Source: the human T2T-CHM13v2.0 reference genome, Homo sapiens
DNA: 64,000 nt
NCBI RefSeq assembly: GCF_009914755.1
Contig: NC_060933.1
Direction: 5' to 3' (one strand)
Below the pieces are notes generated by a model. That model was not told the DNA's origin. It did no database searches and saw nothing but the letters and a program-made list of their open reading frames with translations. The translations under genes were made by a program, and so were the position numbers. Shown one piece after another: positions 30,101 through 45,500 of this stretch (position 1 is its first letter; every line of letters starts with the position of its first letter).

Positions 30101-33100
30101 GCATTCCATTCCATTAAATTCCCCTGCACTCGTGTTGATTCCATTCCATTCCATTCCATTCCATTCCATTCCATTCCATTCCGGATGATTCCATTCCATA
30201 GCATTCCATTCCACTCCATTCCATTCCATTCCATTCCATTCCGGATGATTCCATTCCATTGCATTCCATTCCACTCCGTTCCCTTGCACTCGGGTTGATT
30301 CCATTACATTCCATTCAATTCCATTCCGTTCCATTCCATTCAATTCCATTCTATAGTGGGTAATTCCATTCCATTCCATTCCATTACATTTCATTGCAAT
30401 CGAGTTAATTCCATTCCATTCCATTCCGTTCCGGATGATTCCATTCCATTGCATTCCATTCCATTCCATTCCCCTGCACTCGGGTTGATTCCATTCCATT
30501 CCATTCCATTCCATTCCAGTCCTTTCCATTCCATTCCACTCGGGTTGATTCCATTCTATTAGTTTCCATTCAATTCCATTCCCTTCCATTCCAGTCTGGT
30601 TGATTCCATTCCTTTCCATTCCACTCGAATACATTCCCTTCTATTCCACTCGGATTGATTCCATTCCATTCCATTCCATTCCATTCCATTCCATTCCATT
30701 CCATTCCATTCCGTTCCATTCCATTCCATTACATTCGGATTGATTCTATTCAATTCCCTTACACTAGATTGCATTCCATTCCATTCGGGTTGTTTCCATT
30801 CCATTCCATTCCATTCAACTCCATTCCATTGCACTCGGGTTGATTCAATTGCATTCCATTCCATTCCATTCCATTCCATTCCGGATGATTCCATTCCATT
30901 GCATTCCATTCTATTCCATTCCCCTGCACTCGGGTTGATTCCATTCCATTCCATTCCGTTCCATTCCATTCAATTATATTCGGGTTAATTCCATTCCATT
31001 CCATTCCATTCAATTCCATTCCATTCCATTGCAATCGAGCTGATTGCATTCCATTCCATTAGATTCCATTCCATTCCATTCCGGATGATTCCATTCCGTT
31101 GCTTTCAATTCCATTCCATTCCCCTGCACTCGGTTTGATTCCATTCCATTCCATTCCATTCCATTCCGTTCCATTCCATTCCATTCTATTCGGGATAATT
31201 CCATTCCATTCCATTCCATTGCAATCGAGTTGATTCCATTCCATTCCCTTCCATTCCATTCCAGTCCTTTCCATTCCATTCCACTCGTGTTGATTCCATT
31301 CTATTATTTTCCATTCCATTCCATTCCCTTCCATTCCACTCTGGTTGATTCCATTCCTTTCCATTCCACTCGAATACATTCCCTTCTATTCCACTCTGAT
31401 TGATACCATTCCATTCCATTCCATTCTATTCCATTCCATCCCATTCCATTCCGTTCCATTCCATTCTATTCCGTACCATTCCATTCCATTCCTTTCCATT
31501 CCATGCCATTACACTCGGGTTGATTCCATTCGTTTCCATTCCATTCGGTTTGAATCCATTCCATTCCATTCCTTTCCATTCCGTTGCACTAGGGTTGAAT
31601 CCATTCCATTGCATTCCATTCCATTCCATTCTTTTCCATTCCATTCCATTACATTCGGATTCATTCTATTCAATTCCCTTACACTCCATTGCATTCCATT
31701 CCATTTGTGTTGTTTCCATTCCATTCCATTCCATTCCACTCCATTCTATTGCAGTCGGGTTGATTCAATTGCTTTCCATTCCATTCCATTCCATTCCATT
31801 CCATTCCATTCCGTTCCATTCCGGATGATTGCATTCCATTGCATTCCATTCCATTCCATTCCCCTGCACTCGGGTTGATTCCATTCCATTCCATTCCATT
31901 CCATTCCATTCCGTTGCATTCCATTCCATTCTATTCGGGTTAATTCCATTTCATTCCATTCCATTCCATTCCATTCCATTCCATTCCATTCCATTCCATT
32001 CCGGATGATTCCATTCCATTGCATTCCATTCCATTCCATTCCCCTGCACTCGGGTTGATTCCATTCCATTCCATTCCATTCCATTCCATTCCATTCCGTT
32101 CCATTCCGTTCCATTCCATTCTATTGTGGTTAATTCCATTCCATTCCATTCCATTACATTTCATTGCAATCGAGTTAATTCCATTCCATTCCATTCCATT
32201 CCGCATGATTCCATTCCATTGCATTCCATTCCATTAAATTCCAATGCACTCGTGTTGATTCCATTCCATTCCATTCCATTCCATTCCATTCCATTCCATT
32301 CCGGATCATTCCATTCCATTGCATTCCATTCCACTCCGTTCCCCTGCACTCGGGTTGATTCCATTACATTCCATTCAATTCCATTCCGTTCCATTCCATT
32401 CAATTCCATTCTATTGGGGTTAATTCCATTCCATTCCATTCCATTACATTTCATTGCAATCGAGTTAATTCCATTCCATTCCATTCCGTTCCGGATGATT
32501 CCATTCCATTGCATTCCATTCCATTCCATTCCCCTGCACTCGGGTTGATTCCAATCCATTCCATTCCATTCCATTCCATTCCAGTCCTTTCCATTCCATT
32601 CCACTCGGGTTGATTGCATTCTATTAGTTTCCATTCAATTCCATTCCCTTCCATTCCAGTCTGGTTGATTCCATTCCTTTCCATTCCACTCGAATACATT
32701 CCCTTCTATTCCACTCGGATTGATTCCATTCCATTCCATTCCATTCCATTCCATTCCATTCCATTCCATTCCATTCCATTTAATTCCATTCCATTGCAAT
32801 TGAGTTGATTCCATTCCATTCCATTCCATTCCATTCCATTCCATTCCATTCCGGATGATTCCATTCCATTGCATTCCATTCCATTCCATTCCCCTGCACT
32901 CGGGTTCATTCCATTCCGTTCCATTCCGTTACGTTCCATTCAATTATATTCGGGTTAATTCCATTCCATTCCATTCCATTCTATTCCATTCCATTCCATT
33001 GCAATCGAGCTGATTGCATTCCATTGCATTAGATTCCATTCCATTCCATTCCGGATGATTCCATTCCATTGCATTCCATTCCATTCCATTCCCCTCCACT

Positions 33101-36100
33101 CGGGTTGATTCCATTCCAATCCATTCCATTCCATTCCATTCCATTCCATTCCATTCCATTCCATTTAATTCCATTCCATTGCAATTGAGCTGATTCCATT
33201 CCATTCCATTCCATTCTATTCCATTCCATTCTATTCCATTCTGGATGATTCCATTCCATTGCATTCCATTCCATTAAATTCCCCTGCACTCGTGTTTATT
33301 CCATTCCATTCCATTTCTTTCCATTCCATTCCATTCCATTCCATTCCATTCCATTCCATTCCATGCCATTCCATTCCATTCCGGATGATTCCATTCCATT
33401 GCATCCCATTCCATTCCTTTCCCCTGCACTCGGGTTGATTCCATTCCATTCCATTCCATTCCATTCCATTCCATTCCGTTCCATTCAATTCTGTTGGGGT
33501 TAATTCCATTCCATTCCATTCCATTACATTTCATTGCAATCGAGTTAATTCCATTCCATTCCATTCCATTCCGGATGATTCCATCCCATTGCATTCCATT
33601 CCATTCCATTCCCCTGCACTCGGGTTGATTCCATTCCATTCCATTCCATTCCATTCCGTTCCATTCCATTCCATTCTATTCGGGTTAATTCCATTCCATT
33701 CCATTCCATTCCATTCCATTCCTTTCCATTCCATTTAATTCCATTCCATTGCAATCGAGCTGATTCCATTCCATTCTATTCCATTCTATTCCATTCCATT
33801 CCATTCCATTCCATTCTGGATGATTCCATTCCATTGCATTCCATTCCATTAAATTCCCCTGCACTCGTGTTGATTCCATTCCATTCCATTCCATTCCATT
33901 CCATTCCATTCCATTCCGGATGATTCCATTCCATTGCATTCCATTCCACTCCGTTACCCTACACTCTGGTTGATTCCATTACATTCCGTTCAATTCCATT
34001 CCTTTCCATTCCATTCAATTCCATTCTATTGGGGTTAATTCCATTCCATTCCATTCCATTACATTTCATTGCAATCCAGTTAATTCCACTTCATTCCATT
34101 CCGTTCCGGATGATTCCATTCCATTCCATTCCATTCCATTCCATTCCATTCCGTTCCGTTCCATTCCGTTCCGTTCCATTCCATTCCATTACATACGGAT
34201 TGATTCTATTCAATTCCCTTACACTAGATTGCATTCGATTCCATTCGGGTTGTTTCCATTCCTTTCTATTCCATTCAACTCCATTCCATTGCACTCGGGT
34301 TGATTCAATTGCATTCCATTCCATTCCATTCCATTCCATGCCATTCCACTCGGGTTGATTCCATTCCTTTCCATTCCATTCGGGTTGAATCCATTCCATT
34401 CCATTCCCTTCCATTCCGTTGCACTACGGTTGAATCCATTCCATTGCATTCCATTGCATTCCATTCCATTCCTTTCCATTCCTTTCCATTACATTCGGAT
34501 TGATTGTATTCAATTCCCTTACACTCCATTGCATTCAATTCCATTCGGGTTGTTTCCATTCCATTCCATTCCATTCCAATCCATTCCATTGCACTCGAGT
34601 TGATTCAATTGCATTCCATTCCATTCTATTCCATTCCATTCCATTACATTCCAGATGATTCCATTCCATTGTATTCCATTCCATTCCATTCCCCTGCACT
34701 CGGGTTGATTCCATTCCATTCCATTCCATTCCATTCCGTTCCTTTCCATTCCATTCTATTCGGGTTAATTCCATTCCATTCCATTCCATTCCATTCCATT
34801 CAATTTAATTCCATTCCATTGCAATTGAGCTGATTCCATTCCATTCCATTCCATTCTATTGCATTCAATTCCATTCCATTCTGGATGATTCCATTCCATT
34901 GCATTCCATTCCATTAAATTCCCCTGCACTCGTGTTTATTCCATTCCATTCCATTTCATTCCATTCCATTCCATTCCATTCCATTCCATTCCATTCCATT
35001 GCATTCCGGATGATTCCATTCCATTGCATTCCATTCCATTCCATTCCCCTGCACTCGGGTTGATTCCATTCCATTCCATTCCATTCCATTCCTTTCCTTT
35101 CCATTCCATTCTATTCGGGTTAATTCCATTCCATTCCATTCCATTCCATTCCATTCCATTCCATTCCATTTAATTCCATTCCATTGCAATCGAGCTGATT
35201 CCATTCCATTCCATTCCATTCTATTCCATTCCATTCCATTCCATTCCATTCTGGATGATTCCATTCCATTGCATTCCATTCCATTAAATTCCCCTGCACT
35301 CGTGTTGATTCCATTCCATTCCATTCCATTCCATTCCATTCCATTCCATTCTGGATGATTCCATTCCATTGCATTCCATTCCACTCCGTTCCCCTGCACT
35401 CGGGTTGATTCCATTACATTCCATTCAATTCCATTCCGTTCCATTCCATTCAATTCCATTCTATTGGGGTTAATTCCATTCCATTCCATTCCATTACATT
35501 TCATTGCAATCGAGTTAATTCCATTCCATTCCATTCTGTTCCGGATGATTCCATTCCATTGCATTCCATTCCATTCCATTCCCCTGCACTCGGGTTGATT
35601 CCATTCCATTCCATTCCATTCCATTCCAGTCCTTTCCATTCCATTCCACTCGGGTTGATTCCATTCTATTAGTTTCCATTCAATTCCATTCCCTTCCATT
35701 CCAGTCTGGTTCATTCCGTTCCTTTCCATTCCACTCGAATACATTCCCTTCTATTCCACTCGGATTGATTCCATTCCATTCCATTCCATTCCATTCCATT
35801 CCATTCCATTCCATTCCGTTCCATTCCATTACATTCGGATTGATTCTATTCAATTCCCTTACAATAGATTGCATTCCATACCATTCGGGTTGTTTCCATT
35901 CCATTCCATTCCATTCATCTCCATTCCATTGCACTCGGGTTGATTCAATTGCATTCCATTCCATTCCATTCCATTCCATTCCGGATGATTCCATTCCATT
36001 GCATTCCATTCTATTCCATTCCCCTGCACTCGGGTTGATTCCATTCCATTCCATTCCGTTCCATTCCATTCAATTATATTCGGGTTAATTCCATTCCATT

Positions 36101-37060
36101 CCATTCCATTCAATTCCATTCCATTCCATTGCAATCGATCTGATTGCATTCCATTCCATTAGATTCCATTCCATTCCATTCCGGATGATTCCATTCCATT
36201 GCATTCAATTCCATTCCATTCCCCTGCACTCGGGTTGATTCCATTCCATTCCATTCCATTCCATTCCGTTCCATTCCAGTCCATTCTATTCGGGATAATT
36301 CCATTCCATTCCATTCCATTGCAATCGAGTTGATTCCATTCCATTCCCTTCCATTCCATTCCAGTCCTTTCCATTCCATTCCACTCGGGTTTATTCCATT
36401 CTATTATTTTCCATTCCATTCCATTCCCTTCCATTCCACTCTGGTTGATTCCATTCCTTTCCATTCCACTCGAATACATTCCCTTCTATTCCACTCTGAT
36501 TGATACCATTCTATTCCATTCCATTCTATTCCATTCCATTCCATTCCATTCCATTCCATTCCATTCCGTTCCATTCCATTCTATTCCGTACCATTCCATT
36601 CCATTCCTTTCCATTCCATGCCATTCCACTCGGGTTGATTCCATTCGTTTCCATTCCATTCGGTTTGAATCCATCCCATTCCATTCCTTTCCATTCCGTT
36701 GCACTAGGGTTGAATCCATTCCATTGCATTCCATTCCATTCCATTCCTTTCCATTCCATTCCATTACATTCGGATTGATTCTATTCAATTCCCTTACACT
36801 CCATTGCATTCCATTCCATTTGGGTTGTTTCCATTACATTCCATTCCATTCCACTCCATTCTATTGCACTCTGGTTGATTCAATTGCTTTAAATTCCATT
36901 CCATTCCATTCCATTCCATTCCATTCCATTCCGGATGATTCCATTCCATTGCATTCCATTCCATTCCATTCCCTTGCACTCGCGTTGATTCCATTCTATT
37001 CCATTCCATTCCATTCCGTTGCATTCCATTCCATTCTATTCGGGTTAATTCCATTCCATT
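27120..37060 (+). repeat. Older ~5.1-5.5 kb tandem dimer (~27120-32570 and ~32575-37060) with internal indels
   Basis: ORF offsets are 5445-5470 (27499/32944, 28559/34029), then 4805 (29550/34355), then 5100 (31010/36110, 31345/36445). Shared markers CCGTTACCCTACACTCTGG, GCAATCCAGT, GCACTACGGTT and CCACTCTGATTGATACC. Confidence 0.85.
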
Positions 37061-38149
37061 CCATTCCATTCCATTCCATTTAATTCCATTCCATTGCAAT
37101 TGAGTTGATTCCATTCCATTCCATTCCATTCCATTCCATTCCATTCCATTCCATTACGGATGATTCCATTCCATTGCATTCCATTCCATTCCATTCCCCT
37201 GCACTCGGGTTGATTCCATTCCGTTCCATTCCGTTCAGTTCCATTCAATTATATTCGGGTTAATTCCATTCTATTCCATTCCATTCCATTCCATTCCATT
37301 CCATTCCATTCCGTTCCATTCCATTCTATTCCGTACCATTCCATTCCTTTCCAATCCATTCCATGCCATTCCACTCGGGTTGATTCCATTCCTTTCCATT
37401 CCATTCGGGTTGAATCCATTACATTCCATTCCCTTCCATTTCGTTGTACTAGGGTTGAATCCATTCCATTGCATTCCATTCCATTCCATTCCATTCCTTT
37501 CCATTCCTTTCCATTACATTCGGATTGATTGTATTCAATTCCCTTACACTCCATTGCATTCCATTCCATTCGGGTTGTTTCCATTCCATTCCATTCCATT
37601 CCACTCCATTGCATTGCACTCGAGTTGATTCAATTGCATTCCATTCCATTCTATTCCATTCAATTCCATTACATTCCAGATGATTCCATTCCATTGTATT
37701 CCATTCCATTCCATTCACCTGCACTCGGGTTGATTCCATTCCATTCCATTCCATTCCATTCCGTTCCATTCCATTCCATTCTTTTCGGGTTAATTCCATT
37801 CCATTCCATTCCATTCCATTCCATTCCATTCCAATCCATTCTATTCCATTCCATTCCATTCCATTCTATTCCATTCCATTCCATTCCATTCTGGATGATT
37901 CCATTCCAGTGCATTCCATTCCATTAAATTCCCCTGCACTCGTGTTGATTCCATTCCATTCCATTCCATTCCATTCCATTCCATTCCATTCCGGATGATT
38001 CCATTCCATAGCATTCCATTCCATTCCGTTCCCCTGCACTCGGTTTGATTCCATTACATTACATTCCATTCCATTCCGTTCCATTCCATTCCATTCCATT
38101 CTATTGGGGTTAATTCCATTCCGTTCCATTCCATTACATTACATTTCAT

Positions 38150-41100
38150 TGCAATCGAGTTAATTCCATTCCATTCCATTCCATTCCATTCCATTCCATT
38201 CCGTTACATTCCATTCCATTCCATTCTATTCGGGTTAATTCCATTCCATTCCATTCCATTCAATTCCATTCCATTCCATTGCAATCGTGTTGATTCCATT
38301 CTATTCCATTCCATTCCATTCCATTCCATTTCATTCTATTCCAGTCCTTTCCATTCCATTCCACTCCGGTTGATGCCATTCTATTCCTTTTCATTCCATT
38401 CCATTCCCTTCCATTCCACTCTGGTTGATTCCATTCCTTTCCATTCCACTCGAATACATTCCCTTCTATTCCACTCGCCATGATTCCATTCCATTCCATT
38501 GCATTCCATTCCTTTCCATTTCGTTCCATTCCATTCTGTTACGTACAATTCCATTCCATTCCATTCCATTCCATGCCATTCCACTCGGGTTGATTCCATT
38601 CCTTTCCATTCCATTCGGGTTGAATACATTCCATTCCATTCCATTCCATTCCATTGCACTAGGGTTGAATCCATTCCATTGCATTCCGTTCCATTCCATT
38701 CCATTCCTTTCCATTCCATTCCATTACATTCGGATTGATTCTATTCAATTCCCTTACACTCCATTGCATTCCATTCCATTCGAGTTGCTTCCATTCCATT
38801 CCATTCTATTCCACTCCATTCCATTGCACTCGGGTTGATTCAATTGCATTCCATTCCATTCCATTCCATTCCATTCCATTCCGGATGATTCCATTCCATT
38901 GCATTCCATTCCATTCCATTCCCCTGCACTCGGGTTTATTCCATTCCATTCCATTCCATTCCATTCCGTTCCGTTCCATTCCATTCTATTAGGGTTAATT
39001 CCATTCCAATCCATTCCATTCCATTCCATTCCATTCCATTCCATTTAATTCCATTCCATTGCAATCGAGCTGATTCCATTACTTTCCATTCCATTCTATT
39101 CCATTCCATTCCATTCCAATCCATTCTGGATAATTCCATACCATTGCATTCCTTTCCATTAAATTCCCCTGCACTCGTGTTGATTCCATTCCATTCCATT
39201 CCATTCCGTTCCGTTCCATTCCATTCCATTCCTTTCCATTCCATTCCATTCCATTCCTTTCCATTCCATTCCATTCCATTCTATTCGGGTTAATTCCATT
39301 CCATTCCATTCCATTACATTCCATTTCAATCGAGTTGATTCCATTCCATTCCATTCCATTCCATTCCAGTCCTTTCCATTGCATACCACTCGGGTTGATT
39401 CCATTCTATTACTTTCCATTCCATTCCATTCCCTTCCAATCCACTCTGGTTGATTCCATTCCTTTCCTTTCCACTCGAATACATTCCCTTCTATTCCACT
39501 CGGAATGATTGCATTCCATTCCATTCCGTTCCTTTCCATTCCAGTCCATCCCATTCCATTCCATTCCACTGGGGTTGATTCCATTCCTTTCCTTTCCATT
39601 CGGGTTGAATCCATTAAATTCCATTCCATTCCATTCCACTCCATTCCATTACATTTGGATTGATTCTATTCAGTTCCCTTACACTCCATTACATTCCATT
39701 CCGTTCGGGTAGTTTCCATTCCATTCCATTCCACTCCACTCCATTCCATTTCACTCGGGTTTATTCCATTCCATTCCATTCCATTCCATTCCATTCCATT
39801 CCATTCCATTCCATTCCTTTCCGGATGTTTCCATTCCATTGCATTCCATTCCATTCCATTCCCCTGCACTCGGGTTGATTCCATTCCATTCCATTCCATT
39901 CCATTCCATTCCATTCCGTTCCATTCCATTCCATTCCATTCTATTCGGGTTAATTCCATTCCATTCCATTCCATTCCTTTCCATTGCAAACTAGTTGATA
40001 CCATTCCATTCCATTCAATTCCATTCCATTCCATTCCAGTCCTTTCCATTCCATTCCACTCGGGTTGATTCCATTCTATTCTTTTCCATTCCATTCCATT
40101 CCATTCCATTCCACTCTGATTGATTCCATTCCTTTCCATTCCACTCGAATACATTCCCTTCTATTCCACTCGGAATGATTCCATTCCATTCCATTGAATT
40201 CCATTCCATTCCATTCCGTTCCATTCCATTCTATTCCATTCCATTCCATTCCATTCCATGCCATTCAACTCGGGTCGATTCCATTCCTTTCCATTCCATT
40301 CGCGTTGAATCCATTCCATTCCTTTCCATTCCATTCCATTCCATTGCACTAGGGTTGAATGCATTCCATTGCATTCCATTCCATTCCATTCCATTCCATT
40401 CCATTCCATTCCCCTACATTCCATTCCATTACATTCGGATTGATTCTATTCAATTCCCTAACACTCCATTGCATTCCATTCCATTCGGTTTGTTTCTATT
40501 CCATTCCATTCCATTCCACTCCATTCCATTGCACTCGGGTTGATTCAATTGCATTCCATTCCACTCCATTCCATTCCGGATGATTCCATTCCATTACATT
40601 CCATTCTATTCCATTCCCCTGCACTCGGGTTGATTCCATTCCTATCCATTCCGTTCCATTCCATTCAATTCTATTCGGCTTAATTCCATATCATTCTATT
40701 CCATTCCATTCCATTCCATTCCATTCCGGATGATTCCATTCCATTGCATTCCATTCCATTCCATTCCCCTGCACTCGGGTTGATTCCAATCCATTCCATT
40801 CCATTCCATTCCGTTCCATTCCATTACATTCCATTCTATTCGGGTTAATTCCATTCCATTCCATTCCATTCCATTCCATTCCATTCCATTCCATTCCATT
40901 GCAATCGAGTTGATTCCATTCCATTCCATTCCATTCCATTACAGTCCTTTCCATTCCATTCCACTCGGGTTGATTCCATTCTATTATTTTCCATTCCATT
41001 CCATTCCGTTCCATTCCACTCTGGTTGATTCCATTCCTTTCCATTCCACTAGAATACATTCCCTTCTATTCCACTCGGATTGATACCATTCCATTCCATT

Positions 41101-41450
41101 CCATTCTATTCCATTACATTCCATTCCATTCCTTTCCATTCCATTCTATGCCGTACCATTCCATTCCATTCCATTCTATTCCATGCCGTTCCACTCGGTT
41201 TGATTCCATTCCTTTCCATTCCATTCGGGTTGAATACATTCCATTCCATTCCATTCCATTCCGTTGCACTAGGGATGAATCCATTCCATTGCATTCCATT
41301 CCATTCCATTCCATTCCATTCCTTTCCATTCCATTCCATTACATTCGGATTGATTCTCTTCAATTCCCTTACACTCCATTGCATTCCATTCTATTCGGGT
41401 TGTTTCCATTCCATTCCATTCCATTCCACTCCATTCCATTGCACTCGGGT
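38150..41450 (+). repeat. ~3.3 kb block duplicated at ~51300-54560 (offset ~13.1 kb); its first ~1.2 kb also at ~46420-47620
   Basis: Markers CCGGTTGATGCC, CACTCGCCATGATT, GGGGTTGATT, ACATTTGGAT, CAGTTCCCTT and CCGGATGTTT. ORF offsets 39409/52519 = 13110, 40076/53191 = 13115, 41025/54155 = 13130. Confidence 0.85.
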
Positions 41451-42560
41451 TGATTCAATTGCATTCCATTCCTTTCCATTCCATTCCATTCCGGGTGATT
41501 CCATTCCATTGAATTCCATTCCATTCCATTCCCCTGCACTCGGGTTGATTCCATTCCATTCCATTCCATTCCATTCCGTTCCATTCCATTCCATTCTATT
41601 CGGGTTAATTCCATTCCATTCCATTCCATTCCATTCCATTCCATTCCATTCCATTCCATTCCATTCAATTTAATTCCATTACATTGCAATTGAGCTGATT
41701 CCATTCCATTCCATTCCATTGTATTCCATTTCATTCCATTCCATTCTGGATGATTCCATTCCATTGCATTCCATTCCATTAAATTCCCCTGCACTCGTGT
41801 TTATTCCATTCCATTCCATTTCATTCCATTCCATTCCATTCCATTCCATTCCATTCCATTCCGGATGATTCCATTCCATTGCATTCCATTCCATTCCATT
41901 CCCCTGCACTCGGGTTGATTCCATTCCATTCCATTCCATTCCATTCCGTTCCATTCCGTTCCATTCCATTCTATTGGGGTTAATTCCATTCCATTCCATT
42001 CCATTACATTTCATTGCAATCGAGTTAATTCCATTCCATTCCGTTCCATTCAGGATGATTCCATTCCATTGCATTCCATTCCATTCCATTCCCCTGCACT
42101 CGGGTTGATTCCATTCCATTCCATTCCATTCCATTCCATTCCGTTCCATTCCATTCCATTCTATTCGGGTTAATTCCATTCCATTCCATTCCATTCCATT
42201 CCATTCCTTTCCATTCCATTTAATTCCATTCCATTGCAATCGAGATGATTCCATTCCATTCCATGCCATTCTAATCCATTCCATTCCATTCCATTCCATT
42301 CCATTCTGGATGATTCCATTCCATTGCATTCCATTCCATTAAATTCCCCTGCACTCGTGTTGATTCCATTCCATTCCATTCCATTCCATTCCATTCCATT
42401 CCGGATGATTCCATTCCATTGCATTCCATTCCACTCCGTTCCCCTGCACTCGGGTTGATTCCATTACATTCCATTCAATTCCATTCCGTTCCATTCCATT
42501 CAATTCCATTCTATTGGGGTTAATTCCATTCCATTCCATTCCATTACATTTCATTGCAAT

Positions 42561-45500
42561 CGAGTTAATTCCATTCCATTCCATTCCGTTCCGGATGATT
42601 CCATTCCATTGCATTCCATTCCATTCCATTCCCCTGCACTCGGGTTGATTCCATTCCATTCCATTCCATTCCATTCCAGTCCTTTCCATTCCATTCCACT
42701 CGGGTTGATTCCATTCTATTAGTTTCCATTCAATTCCATTCCCTTCCATTCCAGTCTGGTTGATTCCATTCCTTTCCATTCCACTCGAATACATTCCCTT
42801 CTATTCCACTCGGATTGATTCCATTCCATTCCATTCCATTCCATTCCATTCCATTCCGTTCCATTCCATTCCATTACATTCGGATTGATTCTATTCAATT
42901 CCCTTACACTAGATTGCATTCCATTCCATTCGGTTTGTTTCCATTCCATTCCATTCCATTCAACTCCATTCCATTGCACTCGGGTTGATTCAATTGCATT
43001 CCATTCCATTCCATTCGATTCCATTCCGGATGATTCCATTCCATTGCATTCCATTCCATTCCATTCCCCTGCACTCGGGTTGATTCCATTCCATTCCATT
43101 CCGTTCCATTCCATTCAATTATATTCGGGTTAATTTCATTCCATTCCATTCCATTCAATTCCATTCCATTCCATTGCAATCGAGCTGATTGCATTCCATT
43201 CCATTAGATTCCATTCCATTCCATTCCGGATGATTCCATTCCATTGCATTCCATTCCATTCCATTCCCCTGCACTCGGGTTGATTCCATTCCATTCCATT
43301 GCATTCCATTCCATTCCATTCTATTGCGTTCCATTCCATTCCATTCTATTCGGGATAATTCCATTCCATTCCATTCAATTCCATTCCATTCCATTGCAAT
43401 CGAGTTGATTCCATTCCATTCCCTTCCATTCCATTCCAGTCCTTTCCATTCCATTCCACTCGGGTTGATTCCATTCTATTATTTTCCATTCCATTGCATT
43501 CCCTTCCAATCCCCTCTGGTTGATTCCATTCCTTTCCATTCCACTCGAATACATTCCCTTCTATTCCACTCGGATTGATACCATTCCATTCCATTCCATT
43601 CCATTCTATTCCATTCCATTCCATTCCATTCCATTCCATTCCATTCCATTCCATTCCGTTCCATTCCATTCTATTCCGTACCATTCCATTCCATTCCATT
43701 CCATTCCATGCCATTCCACTCGGGTTGATTCCATTCCTTTCCATTCCATTCGGGTTCAATCCATTCCATTCCATTCCCTTCCATTCCGTTGCACTAGGGT
43801 TGAATTCATTCCATTGCATTCCATTCCATTCCATTCCATTCCATTCCTTTCCATTCTTTTCCATTACATTCGGATTGATTGTATTCAATTCCCTTACACT
43901 CCATTGCATTCCATTCCATTCGGGTTGTTTCCATTCCATTCCATTGCATTCCACTCCATTCCATTGCACTCGTGTTGATTCAATTGCATTCCATTCCATT
44001 CTATTCCATTCCATTCCATTACATTCCAGATTATTCCATTCCATTGTATTCCATTGCATTCCATTCCCGTGCACTCGGGTTGATTCCATTCCATTCCATT
44101 CCATTCCATTCCGTTCCATTCCATTCCATTCTATTCGGGTTAATTCCATTCCATTCCATTCCATTCCATTCCATTCCATTCCATTCCATTCCATTCCATT
44201 GCATTCCATTCCATTTAATTCCATTCCATTGCAATCGAGCTGATTCCATTCCATTCCATTCCATTCTATTCCATTCCATTCCATTCCATTCTATTCCATT
44301 GCATTCCATTCCATTCTGGGTGATTCCATTCCATTGCATTCCATTCCATTAAATTCCCCTGCACTCGTGTTGATTCCATTCCATTCCATTCCATTCCATT
44401 CCATTCCATTCCGGATGATTCCATTCCATAGCATTCCATTCCATTCCGTTCCCCTGCACTCGGGTTGATTCCATTCCATTCCATTCCATTCCATTCCATT
44501 CCGTTCCATTCCATTCCATTCCATTCTATTGGGGTTAATTCCATTCAGTTCCATTCCATTCCATTACATTTCATTGCAATCGAGTTAATTCCATTCCATT
44601 CCATTCCGTTCCGGATGATTCCATTCCATTGCATTCCATTCCATTCCATTCCCCTGCACTCGGGTTGATTCCATTCCATTCCATTCCATTCCATTCCAGT
44701 CCTTTCCATTCCATTCCACTCGGGTTGATTCCATTCTATTAGTTTCCATTCAATTCCATTCCCTTCCATTCCAGTCTGGTTGATTCCATTCCTTTCCATT
44801 CCACTCGAATACATTCCCTTCTATTCCACTCGGATTGATTCCATTCCATTCCATTCCATTCCATTCCATTCCATTCCATTCCATTCCATTCCGTTCCATT
44901 CCATTCCATTACATTCGGATTGATTCTATTCAATTCCCTTACACTAGATTGCATTCCATTCCATTCGGTTTGTTTCCATTCCATTCCATTCCATTCAACT
45001 CCATTCCATTGCACTCGGGTTGATTCAATTGCATTCCATTCCATTCCATTTCATTCCATTCCGGATGATTCCATTCCATTGCATTCCATTCCATTCCATT
45101 CCGTTCCATTCCATTCAATTATATTCGGGTTAATTCCATTCCATTCCATTCCATTCAATTCCATTCCATTCCATTGCAATCGAGCTGATTGCATTCCATT
45201 CCATTAGATTCCATTCCATTCCATTCCGGATGATTCCATTCCATTGCATTCCATTCCATTCCATTCCCCTGCACTCGGGTTGATTCCATTCCATTCCATT
45301 CCATTCCATTCCATTCCATTCTATTCCGTTCCATTCCATTCCATTCTATTCGGGATAATTCCATTGCATTCCATTCAATTCCATTCCATTCCATTGCAAT
45401 CGAGTTGATTCCATTCCATTCCCTTCCATTCCATTCCAGTCCTTTCCATTCCATTCCACTCGGGTTGATTCCATTCTATTATTTTCCATCCCATTGCATT

